Assembly (NCBI GenBank): GCA_964591445.1 | Contig: CAZQAW010000002.1 | Location: 3,394-67,393 of the forward strand | Direction: 5' to 3' | Length of the DNA stretch: 64,000 nucleotides | DNA from: an uncultured Candidatus Saccharibacteria bacterium | Lineage (GTDB): Bacteria > Patescibacteriota > Minisyncoccia > Phycocordibacterales > UBA9973 | Shown: in pieces, positions 1 to 8,554 of the stretch | Layout of the letters: each line of letters opens with the position of its first letter | Numbering within the stretch: position 1 is the first letter of the stretch | The notes under the pieces: generated by a model | What the model was told of the DNA's origin: nothing | The model's input: the letters and a program-made list of their open reading frames with translations, nothing else | Database searches by the model: none | Made by a program: the position numbers and the translations under genes

Positions 1-1
1 G

Positions 2-691
2 AGACCAATACATGTGCGTGCGGTCGATATCTTCTTTGAGTACATGCGCGGCGTTGGTGAGAATAGAAAGTATTTTGCCTTCTTTGTCGGTTTTCAAGCC
101 TTTGTTTTGTTTGATCGTTTCTGCATCGTGCATCGTAAGTCCATAAGTTTGCGCAAGCAGGTGCGTGAGATTTTCTCCGCCAAAGAGCGAGAACTTTGCA
201 CCCACACTTACTCCATGCGAAACGATGGAAATCTCGCTTTCTGTTTTTCCAACATGAACAAAAAGTTCTGGGGCTTGCATGCGTAACGGCGCAAGATGTT
301 TTGCTAAAGCTTCTTCTTCATATACCACACTCCTTGTACGAAAGCCTGCCGCGCGAGCAATGCGTTTGTATGTTTCTTGTTCACGGCGTATTTCACGAAG
401 TGTAAGCTCTGTCCCCTTGTGCGAAGGAATAACAAGTGCAACTTCACGAAGTTCAACAACTTTTTTCATTTCACGAAGCGCAACAAGTAAAGCTGCTTCG
501 TTTGTAATGCCGTCGTGGCCGATAGTGTGTTTGTGCAAACGAATAGACGCATGCTGTTTAAGAGCAAGTTCATCGTCTTTGCGAACGAGTGAAATATAAA
601 AAGCTTCTTCGTGGCCGATGTGGAGCGCAGCAAAAGAAGATGGCCCAAACCATTGTTGCATGCGAGAAAATCTGTACGGTTGTACTTTCAT
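2..691 (-). CDS. PilM-like type IV pilus assembly protein (actin-like fold), runs off the left edge
   Basis: Absent from the ORF track because it is open at the edge. Manual translation from ATG 691: MKVQPYRFSRMQQWFGPSSFAALHIGHEEAFYISLVRKDDEL...ITNEAALLVALREMK...LFVHVGKTESEISIVSHG...FGGENLTHLLAQTYGLTMHDAETIKQNKG. This matches the PilM/FtsA pattern (GG..LT..I......AE..K...G). Confidence 0.65.
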   Translation of the reverse strand, partial: MKVQPYRFSRMQQWFGPSSFAALHIGHEEAFYISLVRKDDELALKQHASIRLHKHTIGHDGITNEAALLVALREMKKVVELREVALVIPSHKGTELTLREIRREQETYKRIARAAGFRTRSVVYEEEALAKHLAPLRMQAPELFVHVGKTESEISIVSHGVSVGAKFSLFGGENLTHLLAQTYGLTMHDAETIKQNKGLKTDKEGKILSILTNAAHVLKEDIDRTHMYWS

Positions 692-711
692 CTTCTACAG
701 TATACGTTACA

Positions 712-1326
712 TTATTCTTTCGGTGAAGAGGAAGCGCTAAGTTTTGCGCGAATAACTGGCCACAGTACAGGTACAAATGAAAGAACAACTATACCTCCGA
801 TAACCGGTGCAATATATGCGTCGATGTTTGGAATTCTTGAACCAAAAAAATATCCGAAAGACGGTATGATGAGCGCCCAGAACGCTACTCCAACAATATT
901 GAAAAGTGAAAAACGCGAGTACTTCATTTGCCCGATACCGGCAACCACTGGAGCAAATGTACGAATGATCGGAATAAAGCGCGCGACAAAAATAGTTTTG
1001 GCTCCGTGTTTTTCGTAAAAGCTTTGCGCGTGAGCAACGTACTGTCTTTTGAAGAAAAGCGAATCGTCGCGGACGAAGAGAGATATGCCGGCGCGCTTGC
1101 CGATGGCGTAGCCGACGATATAGCCAAGCGCGCCGGCAACGAACACCACAACAAACACCGAAGTGAGCGGAAATACTCCTTGCGCCGCAAAAATCCCCGC
1201 AGCAAAAAGCAAAGTATCTCCCGGCAAAAAGAACGCAACCGGAAATCCAGTTTCCGCAAAAATGATTGCAAAGATACCAAGCAGTCCGAGCGAATGTATC
1301 AAAAATTCCGGATCAAGAAAAGACAT
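712..1326 (-). CDS. dedA: DedA/VTT-domain membrane protein
   Basis: Motifs FAETG...FLPGDTLLFAAG and ARFIPIIRTFAPVVAG. Start moved to MSFLDPEF, just after the upstream gene's stop. Confidence 0.92.
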   Translation of the reverse strand: MSFLDPEFLIHSLGLLGIFAIIFAETGFPVAFFLPGDTLLFAAGIFAAQGVFPLTSVFVVVFVAGALGYIVGYAIGKRAGISLFVRDDSLFFKRQYVAHAQSFYEKHGAKTIFVARFIPIIRTFAPVVAGIGQMKYSRFSLFNIVGVAFWALIIPSFGYFFGSRIPNIDAYIAPVIGGIVVLSFVPVLWPVIRAKLSASSSPKE

Positions 1327-1327
1327 A

Positions 1328-1732
1328 TTAGCGGACTTTGGAACCAGGCGGCACGTCGCTTTCTGGTGTAAGGAAGATCGGCCGTGTCTTACCTTCTGCA
1401 TCTGGCACGCTGTCTACCGCCATAAGCATACCGTGCGACTCCACTCCGCGAATTGTTCGCGGTTCCAAGTTTACGATGTATAGCACTTGCTTACCAACAA
1501 GCTCTTTGAATTCTGGGTAGTATTCTCGAATACCGGAAACAATCTGCCGCACATCTTGTTCTGGTTCTATAGTTCCATCAGTCGGAACTTTCATACCAAA
1601 ATCCACCATGCATCGCAAAAGCTTGTCCGCGCCTTCAACTGCTTCCACTTCGCGGATCGTACCGATGCGAATATCCATTTTTTTAAATTCATCATACGTT
1701 ACGTATTCTGTTTTTTTATTTTCGTTTTCCAT
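1328..1732 (-). CDS. Stand-alone tRNA-binding OB-fold protein (MetRS C-terminal domain/CsaA/Trbp111 family)
   Basis: Motifs YDEFKKMDIRIGTI...ADKLL...RQIVSGI...NLEPRTIRGVESHGMLM. Confidence 0.9.
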   Translation of the reverse strand: MENENKKTEYVTYDEFKKMDIRIGTIREVEAVEGADKLLRCMVDFGMKVPTDGTIEPEQDVRQIVSGIREYYPEFKELVGKQVLYIVNLEPRTIRGVESHGMLMAVDSVPDAEGKTRPIFLTPESDVPPGSKVR

Positions 1733-1735
1733 AAT

Positions 1736-2179
1736 TTAATTCCCAGCCCTAGACTGGTCGGCCTTGGGCCGAATATCAATAAATCTTTGTAATATCACCG
1801 CCGCAGCTTTTGCATCAATGTTATTCCCTTTCTCAATTTTCGTTTTGCGAGCATCGCGAGATTCTTTGCCTTGGCGCCCATGCGCTTCAAACGAAGAAAA
1901 CATTTCTCCGACAAGCTCAACCGGAACACCAGTTGCCTGTTCAAGCTCTTCTTTGAAGTTTACGATCAAAGCTTCAACTGCATTCACTTGTCCAATATTC
2001 CCTTTTCCATCACCGAGCGCAATCATTCCTACACCTTTTTCTTTTACGATCTCGGAAAGTTCGGCAACCAAATGTGGCGTCGTATCCAAAGTATCATGCG
2101 GAAAAGCAATGACGCCGCCATCGTCAGAAAGCGCCACCCCAGTCCGCCGCACCCCATAATCTACCCCCATCAGCTTCAT
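1736..2179 (-). CDS. ruvX: YqgF/RuvX pre-16S rRNA nuclease (Holliday junction resolvase-like)
   Basis: Motifs MGVDYGVRRTGVALSD, E..SSFEA and IDAKAAAVILQRFID. Confidence 0.92.
   Translation of the reverse strand: MKLMGVDYGVRRTGVALSDDGGVIAFPHDTLDTTPHLVAELSEIVKEKGVGMIALGDGKGNIGQVNAVEALIVNFKEELEQATGVPVELVGEMFSSFEAHGRQGKESRDARKTKIEKGNNIDAKAAAVILQRFIDIRPKADQSRAGN
1743..1772. repeat. Double-hairpin mini-element (family C) forming the ruvX 3' end
   Basis: CCAG-ccctaga-CTGG followed by TCGGCC-ttg-GGCCGA; same layout as 11391-11420. Confidence 0.65.
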
Positions 2180-2249
2180 ATATATGAGAGTAGCATATTT
2201 TCTGCCCGCTCTGCATTGAATTTAAACGAGAATATGGTATGATGCCTGC

Positions 2250-2528
2250 ATGAACGATCTTTGGGTACATATTTCTGTGCTAGTGCTCACTTTGTGGGTT
2301 TTGGTATGGAAAGGCTATGCCCTTTGGACTGCGGCACAACGTCGCGAGCGGACTTGGTTCATCGTTCTGCTCATTGTGAACACGATTTCGATCCTCGATA
2401 TTTTCTATATCTTCCAGATCGCCAAGAAAAGCCGCAAAGACGTGTGGAATGTCTTCAATAAAAGCATTTTTTCTCTCGGTGAATGGAAATCTAAAAAAGA
2501 CAAAGACGGAAGCGAAGTAACGATGTAA
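2250..2528 (+). CDS. Small membrane protein (DUF5652-like)
   Basis: LWVLVWKGYALWTAA....WFIVLLIVNT.SIL.I.YIF pattern typical of this CPR-enriched family. Confidence 0.75.
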   Translation: MNDLWVHISVLVLTLWVLVWKGYALWTAAQRRERTWFIVLLIVNTISILDIFYIFQIAKKSRKDVWNVFNKSIFSLGEWKSKKDKDGSEVTM

Positions 2529-2560
2529 GCAGATAAACTAAGTTGTGGTATACTGGAAGA

Positions 2561-3043
2561 GTGCCTGAGCAGTATAAACGAAAACCAAATACCAGCTGTA
2601 CCGTCTGCAAGAAACCTCTGTATCGTCGTCCTTTAGTTTTACAAAAGAACGGAAATAAAGCATTTTGCAGTCTGACATGTTATGGTCTTTCAACAAGAAA
2701 AGAGCATCCTTGCATTGTGTGTGGAAAACCTATCCTCGCACAGTTTAATAAAAAAACGTGCAGTCGGGCATGTGCAAATACCAACAGGTCCGGAACTCAA
2801 TACAGAGTTGGTAGACCAAATGACAAAGCAGTCAAAGACCGGGCTCTCAAAATAAAGTTACTTAAACTACGAAGCGGGCAGTGCGAAAGATGTGGATATA
2901 GTACCCGCGAAATTCTCCAAGTTCATCATAAAAATAGAAACCACTCAGACAACAGAGTTACAAACCTTGAACTCATTTGTCCCAACTGCCATTGCAAAGA
3001 GCACTATTTCAATAACAGCTGGTTGAAAAAATATACAAAATAA
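2561..3043 (+). CDS. HNH endonuclease with N-terminal Cys-rich zinc ribbons
   Basis: CxxC...FCSxxC repeats, then CERCG...LQVHHKNRNHSDNRVTNLELICPNCH. GTG start lies 6 nt after TGGTATACT. Confidence 0.88.
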   Translation: MPEQYKRKPNTSCTVCKKPLYRRPLVLQKNGNKAFCSLTCYGLSTRKEHPCIVCGKPILAQFNKKTCSRACANTNRSGTQYRVGRPNDKAVKDRALKIKLLKLRSGQCERCGYSTREILQVHHKNRNHSDNRVTNLELICPNCHCKEHYFNNSWLKKYTK

Positions 3044-3058
3044 GGTAATGTTCTACTC

Positions 3059-3144
3059 GGAAGCGTGGCAGAGAGGTCTAATGCGCTTGTCTTGAAAACA
3101 AGAGTCCTGAATAGGGACCGTGAGTTCGAATCTCACCGCTTCCG
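3059..3144 (+). tRNA. tRNA-Ser (anticodon TGA)
   Basis: Acceptor GGAAGCG/CGCTTCC, anticodon arm CTTGT-CTTGAAA-ACAAG, long variable arm, T-loop TTCGAAT; CCA not encoded. Confidence 0.95.
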
Positions 3145-3152
3145 CAGAAACA

Positions 3153-3190
3153 AAACTAAAAAAGTGGCATTCAGCCACTTTTTTAGTTTA
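3153..3190. terminator. Bidirectional intrinsic terminator
   Basis: AAACTAAAAAAGTGGC-attca-GCCACTTTTTTAGTTT between the convergent tRNA-Ser and dehydrogenase. Confidence 0.8.
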
Positions 3191-4103
3191 CCCTATTTTT
3201 ATCTTGTCCTGTTTTTAACAAATTAATCATTGAATCTACAGCCATATCACTACACAATTTAATTTCAGTTTCAGTATTAAATGCATTTGAGCCATTGAAA
3301 CAATACCAGTTACTCATCGGCAGTGAATCAAATTCTCCACTCCCCAATTTGTAATCTGAAGCAGCTCTTAGTCTTCCCGATTTAAGTTCATTATAAAGTG
3401 CAGTTTCATCAAGCGGACCACGATGCATGAAGCTTACAATGAGTGAGCCACCTTTGATAAGTTTTAATTCTTGTTCACTAATAAAATGTTCTCCCGCATC
3501 TTTTGAAACACAAAGGAATACGATATCGCTTTCAGAAAGCAGTCTGTTGAGTTCTTTATATTCCAAATTTGATTCTTCATGTCTTGTCCTACTAAAGTAA
3601 GAAATAGAAGCTGGGCGGAACGGCTCGATCATTTTTGCAATTTCTTTTCCAATTCTTCCGAACCCAACGATCCCAACGTGCTGACCTTCAATACCTTTGC
3701 TTGTCATGAATTTCTTCTCTCCTGCTCGCCCCAAATCAAAAATATTTCGATTCATTGCAAGTGCCATAGTTATAGCCCATTCTGCAACAGCATGTGTGGG
3801 CGCGTCCGGAGTATTTGCAATTGCAATTCCTTTGCTTGTTACATATTCGTGATTTGGTATAAAATCTTTATATCCAATTCCAGTAAAAACAATGGCTTTC
3901 AAAGCGTCCCCGGCATCAATAATCTTGTTACTGAGTTTTTCTATTCCGCCAAGAATATACCCATCTTTCCCTTTCACAGCCGCAACAAGTTCTTCTTCTG
4001 TTGCTTCGGGCTTATCAAGTCTTTCAATTTCAAACCCAGCATTACGAAGTTTTTCTTCGTGTTCTTTTTGTATAAACAATGAATCAGTTATAAGTATTTT
4101 CAT
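3183..4103 (-). CDS. D-isomer-specific 2-hydroxyacid dehydrogenase (SerA/GhrB-like)
   Basis: GIAIANTP...AVAE motif and Rossmann GIVGFGRIG motif. Confidence 0.88.
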   Translation of the reverse strand: MKILITDSLFIQKEHEEKLRNAGFEIERLDKPEATEEELVAAVKGKDGYILGGIEKLSNKIIDAGDALKAIVFTGIGYKDFIPNHEYVTSKGIAIANTPDAPTHAVAEWAITMALAMNRNIFDLGRAGEKKFMTSKGIEGQHVGIVGFGRIGKEIAKMIEPFRPASISYFSRTRHEESNLEYKELNRLLSESDIVFLCVSKDAGEHFISEQELKLIKGGSLIVSFMHRGPLDETALYNELKSGRLRAASDYKLGSGEFDSLPMSNWYCFNGSNAFNTETEIKLCSDMAVDSMINLLKTGQDKNRVN

Positions 4104-4107
4104 AAAA

Positions 4108-4722
4108 TTATTTTATCTTAGTCACCCTCACCACCCGACCAGTAGAATCATAAGTAGTCCACTCTCCTGTTTGTTTTCCTTTTTTGAAATATCCCGAGCG
4201 CATGATGGTGCCAACTTTTTTGCCTTTGGCTGGCTTGCGGAACCATTGCCAGTAGCCTTCCATTTTGCCGGCGACGGTTTTGCCTTTTGCCCAGACACTG
4301 CCGTCTTTGTGGTAAACGATGTGTGGTTTATTTGTCGAAGTTTGTTTTTGTTTTGAAGCTGTCTTCCCTTTCTGTTTTTCCAAAACTTCTTTCACTCGAA
4401 ACTTTGTAATTTTTGTTACAAGCGCGAGTGGAAGTTTTTCGGTCAGCGGAAATTGAATCGTGCCTTTTGATGTTTCGTATTTTGAAAGTTCTTTCGCAAA
4501 ATTGCTTACGCCAGACGGTGTCGGGAAAAATCCAATATGATTTTTGAATCCACCAAAGAACACCAAGTTCTCATGAAAGATAAACGCTGGCATGCCGTAC
4601 TTCATCGCCTCGGTCGCCTTCGGCGCAGCTTTCTTGATCGTCGCACGCATTTGTTTCAAAAATACTTGTACGTCTTTCGGATAAGAATTTATATATGCGT
4701 CTACAGTGGTAAAACTTTTCAT
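4108..4722 (-). CDS. DUF1801/YdhG-like protein fused to a MORN-variant repeat domain
   Basis: N-terminal TVDAYI...YGMPAF...FKNHIGFFP...SKGTIQFPL; C-terminal YHKDGSVWAKG...MEGYWQWF...SGYFKKGKQTGEWTTYD. Confidence 0.8.
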   Translation of the reverse strand: MKSFTTVDAYINSYPKDVQVFLKQMRATIKKAAPKATEAMKYGMPAFIFHENLVFFGGFKNHIGFFPTPSGVSNFAKELSKYETSKGTIQFPLTEKLPLALVTKITKFRVKEVLEKQKGKTASKQKQTSTNKPHIVYHKDGSVWAKGKTVAGKMEGYWQWFRKPAKGKKVGTIMRSGYFKKGKQTGEWTTYDSTGRVVRVTKIK

Positions 4723-4793
4723 AAAGATAGTTTATCACAATATGGCTTTATACTTCCCCATCCATCACAAAACCGCTATAATGAGCGTTATAT

Positions 4794-5357
4794 ATGGCAG
4801 ATGAGACTTACAACCACGAAGAAGTAAAAGCCTTGATACATAAGGCCAAAAATGGCGATTCCGAGGCTTATGGCGAAGTCTATCGGGCTTACTACACGCC
4901 GGTCTACAGGTACATCTACCTCCGGACCAAAAGCCGGGACCAGGCAGAAGACTTGGCGCAGACGGTGTTTATGAAGGTATACAAATCACTTTCAAACCTC
5001 GAAACCACGTCCACGTCCCCGCTCGCTTACTTCTTTACGGTTGCAAGAAACACCATCATCGACCACTGGAGAAAAGAAGGTCACGGCACAGTGTACGACG
5101 ACGAAGTTGTCGCCAGCCAGTCGGACAAAGAGCAAGACACGATGGAAAGCTTTGAGACGAAAGAATCAAAAGAGCTCGTCCACCAAGCGCTCGGAATTCT
5201 GACCGAAGAACAACAAGAAGTCATGCGGCTCAAGTTCATCAGCGACCTGTCGACCAAAGACATTGCCACGATGCTCGAGAAAAGCGAAGAAGCCGTACGA
5301 CAACTGCAATCGCGCGCACTCAAATTACTTCGGGCCTATTTTAAAAGAGAAAGCTAA
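4794..5357 (+). CDS. ECF-type sigma-70 factor
   Basis: Region 2 AEDLAQTVFMK...YFFTVARNTIIDHWRK; region 4 LTEEQQEVMRLKF...KSEEAVRQLQSRALKLLR. Confidence 0.93.
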   Translation: MADETYNHEEVKALIHKAKNGDSEAYGEVYRAYYTPVYRYIYLRTKSRDQAEDLAQTVFMKVYKSLSNLETTSTSPLAYFFTVARNTIIDHWRKEGHGTVYDDEVVASQSDKEQDTMESFETKESKELVHQALGILTEEQQEVMRLKFISDLSTKDIATMLEKSEEAVRQLQSRALKLLRAYFKRES

Positions 5358-5358
5358 T

Positions 5359-5964
5359 ATGAAAAAAGAAACACGAACAATCGAAGAAGTTCTCGCACAC
5401 GCTCTACAGATGCATGAGTCTGGTATTTCGACTGCCGAGATCTACAAAGCTTTCCCCGAAGAAGCAAAAGACTTGCGCAGCTTTTTCGACACGATCGAAA
5501 TTTTGAAAAAGCAGACAACACACATCACACCAAGCGAAGACGCTTTCCAAACGATGCTCGCAACACTCGACAAACAACCGTTTGCGGTGCGCTCGCCTTT
5601 TACCAAGTCGTGGTGGAAGAACTACGGCGGCATGCTGTCTCTAGGCGCAACGCTTGCGCTTGTCTTCGTGCTTCAAAGCAAAACTCCAAATACCCAAGTC
5701 GCAATTGAAAATGCACCTGCACCGATGGCGATGACAGAAGTTGCAGACACAGGAGCACTTGCTGGAACTGAAACTCCTTCGATCATGGTGGCAAAAATGG
5801 CACCCGCACCAAGCGGCTCTGTCGATGATGCAATTTCTGAAATCAACTCTTCATCTTCACAAGAAACTTCGTACGGAAAGGTCGCCCGCGACAAAGAACT
5901 TGCTGCGTATGATAAAAACGACGTTAACACTTTTGCAAATACATCTTATGAAGAACTTTACTAA
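5359..5964 (+). CDS. Putative membrane-anchored anti-sigma factor
   Basis: Directly follows the ECF sigma; cytoplasmic N-domain, one TM segment (GGMLSLGATLALVFVL), A/P/T-rich tail. Confidence 0.6.
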   Translation: MKKETRTIEEVLAHALQMHESGISTAEIYKAFPEEAKDLRSFFDTIEILKKQTTHITPSEDAFQTMLATLDKQPFAVRSPFTKSWWKNYGGMLSLGATLALVFVLQSKTPNTQVAIENAPAPMAMTEVADTGALAGTETPSIMVAKMAPAPSGSVDDAISEINSSSSQETSYGKVARDKELAAYDKNDVNTFANTSYEELY

Positions 5965-6673
5965 AACAACTTTCATACTTCTCTTTGCGATCTTCGCCTT
6001 CGCACCACATAAAAGCGAAGCTGCCGTACTTGGCTTGGGCGCAAATTTCTGCGACCGACTTCCTGGCATCGAACAGAAAATCCTAGTGCAAGTAGAAGAC
6101 TTCCAGACAAAACGTGAAGCAAACAAGCCGGCGCTTTCTATCAAACTTGAAGAAGCATGGACTGCAGACAAAGAAGAGCTTGCGGCAGAGCGACTTGCTG
6201 CAGACGAACGCCGAGAAGCGCAGATGGAAGCTCTCTTGGCAAAAGCAACAACAGATGCCGAGAAAAAAGCGGTGACAACTTTCAAAATAAAAGTAGACAA
6301 AGCAGTCAAAGATTTGCGCGCAGCTATAGACAAAGCAACTCTCTCCTACCAAACTGCGGTGAAAGCCCTTCGTGATGAACGCTTGGCTGGGCTCGATGAA
6401 AGCATCGCGGCTTACAAAGTGCACATCCAAACTTCTTTTGCAGTGATGAAAGAATCCTGCGTAAACACAAAGCCAACAGAAAAAACTATCCGTGCAGAAA
6501 TCGAAATGATCCGCGAGGGCTTGAGAAAAAACCAAGAACTTTTTGACAGCAAGATCGACGGCATCGACGCTATCGCCGAAGTGCGAGCAGACTCAAATGC
6601 AAAAGCCGAAGCAACGTATACAAAAGAAATGAAGTCTGCAGAAACAGCGCTCCGCAAAGTATTGAAGCAATAA
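5948..6673 (+). CDS. Secreted alpha-helical/coiled-coil protein
   Basis: Signal peptide MKNFTKTTFILLFAIFAFAPHKSEA; K/E/A-rich helices; overlaps the upstream stop. Confidence 0.7.
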   Translation: MKNFTKTTFILLFAIFAFAPHKSEAAVLGLGANFCDRLPGIEQKILVQVEDFQTKREANKPALSIKLEEAWTADKEELAAERLAADERREAQMEALLAKATTDAEKKAVTTFKIKVDKAVKDLRAAIDKATLSYQTAVKALRDERLAGLDESIAAYKVHIQTSFAVMKESCVNTKPTEKTIRAEIEMIREGLRKNQELFDSKIDGIDAIAEVRADSNAKAEATYTKEMKSAETALRKVLKQ

Positions 6674-6712
6674 ATTCTAGGCATTCCATTTTTTATTTGC
6701 TACCATGAAAGT

Positions 6713-7174
6713 ATGAACCCAAAGGACGTACTGTATGAATGGACAACGAGCGAATACGTATCTACGAAAAAAACCGTGGACTGGTATTGGGCTGTCGGCA
6801 TCATTGCCACTTGTGCCACTGTTGCCTCCATCATCTATCGCAATTTCCTTTTTGCAATTTTCGTCATCTTGGGCGCGGGGTTTCTCATTATGTTCCAAAT
6901 AAAAAAGCCGAAACAAGTGGACATGAAGATCTTGAAGCGCGGCATCATGATAGACAACTATTTGTATAGTTTTGATTCGATCAAATCGTTCTGGGTGGAC
7001 AACCGCGGCCACAGGCTCTACCTCCACTCCGACCGCATTGTGCTCCCAATGATGGCGATCCCCCTTGGCGAAACGAACCCCGAAACCGTGCGAAGCTACC
7101 TCGCGGAACACTTGAAAGAAGAGGAAGTCTCCGAAAATTCCCTCTCAACCATCGTCGACAAGATTGGGTTCTAA
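6713..7174 (+). CDS. Conserved hypothetical membrane protein (2 TM segments plus soluble domain)
   Basis: YEW...EY...KKTVDWYW, TM pair, GI.ID..LY.F..IKSFW; -10 box 6 nt upstream. Confidence 0.7.
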   Translation: MNPKDVLYEWTTSEYVSTKKTVDWYWAVGIIATCATVASIIYRNFLFAIFVILGAGFLIMFQIKKPKQVDMKILKRGIMIDNYLYSFDSIKSFWVDNRGHRLYLHSDRIVLPMMAIPLGETNPETVRSYLAEHLKEEEVSENSLSTIVDKIGF

Positions 7175-7209
7175 AAAAATAAAAACTGCCGGAGGGCAGT
7201 TTTTTAATG

Positions 7210-7281
7210 TGGTCCCGGCAGGAATCGAACCTGCATCATAACTTCCGCAAAGTTACGTCCTATCCATTGAACGACGGGACC
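7210..7281 (-). tRNA. tRNA-Arg (anticodon GCG)
   Basis: Minus strand reads GGTCCCG...TAACT-TTGCGGA-AGTTA...GCAGG-TTCGATT-CCTGC-CGGGACC-A. Confidence 0.93.
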
Positions 7282-7323
7282 AGTAGTCTGTATCGCTACA
7301 CTACCAGTTTTTTAACTAAAAAG

Positions 7324-7614
7324 CTACTCTTCTTTATTATTTTTCAACTCCCCCTTCGCCCATTTGATGATTTGCTCTTTTGTTGCTTCTCCGCAGATCC
7401 AACCCTTACTTTCTGTGTTGTATAAAAATGGCACGCCGCCGCACATGTCTTTGTCGTATTTTTCCATCAGTTTTTCGTTTTCGCTGTTGTGCCAGATTTC
7501 AACACGAGTAACTTCAAACCCAACTTCCTTTTCAACTTCGTCTAAAAGTGTTCGGATGCGCTCGCAGTGCGGACATTCTTTGCCGTAAAATTCAAGTAAG
7601 TGCGGTGCTTTCAT
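7324..7614 (-). CDS. Thioredoxin/glutaredoxin-like protein
   Basis: EFYGKECPHC active site and CGGVPF cis-Pro motif; start MKAPHLL. Confidence 0.85.
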   Translation of the reverse strand: MKAPHLLEFYGKECPHCERIRTLLDEVEKEVGFEVTRVEIWHNSENEKLMEKYDKDMCGGVPFLYNTESKGWICGEATKEQIIKWAKGELKNNKEE

Positions 7615-7615
7615 G

Positions 7616-8128
7616 TTAGATAGTTTTGACCGGAAGAACAAAAGTGTCCGGAGTTCCTTCGCCGCTCGGATTTTCTTCGGTAAAGACAAGATCAAGTGTT
7701 TTAGTCGAAGGTGTTTTAGTAAGCTTCAATTCCGCATCATAACGCACCGGGCCGGTCGTCATCCAATCTTCGTCTGTTGTAAGCGTACCGCCACCGACTA
7801 CGTTGCCATCACCATCGATCACTTCGACAAACCCTGCTTGCGCTTCAAACACGCTCCATGCGCAGCCGAGAATATCCATCTGTGTGTTGTCGACAACTGT
7901 TTTTACAGTAAGCGGAAATGCGACCGTCGTTTTCGAAAGTGGGGTGCTGACGATAAGCCCACACGCACCGTTGTCTGTGGCAATAGCTTCAGCTTCTTTT
8001 TGAGAAGAAAATTTGTCTCCAATACCGTCTACCTTGTACTTGCTTTCGCGGAAAAGATATATAAGAAATGCAATAAAAAGAAGCGCGATCACGAGCCCAA
8101 TAGTATAGCCTTTTGATGTTCTGTTCAT
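7616..8128 (-). CDS. Membrane-anchored protein with a Gmad2-type Ig-like domain
   Basis: N-terminal TM; W.VFEAQAG.V...DWMT.GPV...L.F.EENPSG. Confidence 0.7.
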   Translation of the reverse strand: MNRTSKGYTIGLVIALLFIAFLIYLFRESKYKVDGIGDKFSSQKEAEAIATDNGACGLIVSTPLSKTTVAFPLTVKTVVDNTQMDILGCAWSVFEAQAGFVEVIDGDGNVVGGGTLTTDEDWMTTGPVRYDAELKLTKTPSTKTLDLVFTEENPSGEGTPDTFVLPVKTI

Positions 8129-8173
8129 ATAAGTAGTATAGCAGATAAACAAAAACCCGCCGAAGCGGGATTG

Positions 8174-8428
8174 TTATTTTGTCATTCGAGAAACGAGAGA
8201 CTTTCGGCGAGCAGCAGTGTTCTTTGAGATAACGCCTTGCTTTGCAGCCTTGTCGATAGCTTTGTAAGCGAGAGCGAGAGATTTCTTGCCTTCGTCTTTG
8301 TTCTTGCCTTTGACAAGCTTCGTAACTTTCTTGACGGCTTCCTTGTAGTTCTTCTTGCGGCGGTCGTTGACTGACTTTTTGCGAAGAGAGCTTCGAAGGG
8401 CCTTTTTTGCTGAACGTGTAATTGGCAT
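8174..8428 (-). CDS. rpsT: 30S ribosomal protein S20
   Basis: MPITRSAKKALR...AIDKAAKQGVISKNTAARRKS. Confidence 0.97.
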   Translation of the reverse strand: MPITRSAKKALRSSLRKKSVNDRRKKNYKEAVKKVTKLVKGKNKDEGKKSLALAYKAIDKAAKQGVISKNTAARRKSLVSRMTK

Positions 8429-8468
8429 GCGGGTACTATACCAGATTATAGGAGGGGAAGCAAGAAGC

Positions 8469-8531
8469 ACCTCACCCCCGGACTTCGTCTCGGCCCCTCT
8501 CCATTAAACTGGAGAGGGGCTGGGGTGAGGT
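8469..8531. repeat. REP-like palindromic element (family A), intergenic
   Basis: ACCTCACCCC...GGGGTGAGGT encloses GCCCCTCTCCA-ttaaac-TGGAGAGGGGC; related to 16039-16074 and 43768-43879. Confidence 0.8.
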
Positions 8532-8554
8532 CGCAATTATGCTATAATTCTCCT

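Noticed and set aside
14-1018. Plus-strand ORFs 14-286, 279-599 and 611-1018, and similar long antisense ORFs elsewhere (14585-15229, 27351-27956, 50585-51262)
   Set aside because: They are shadow frames opposite well-supported genes and show no motifs.
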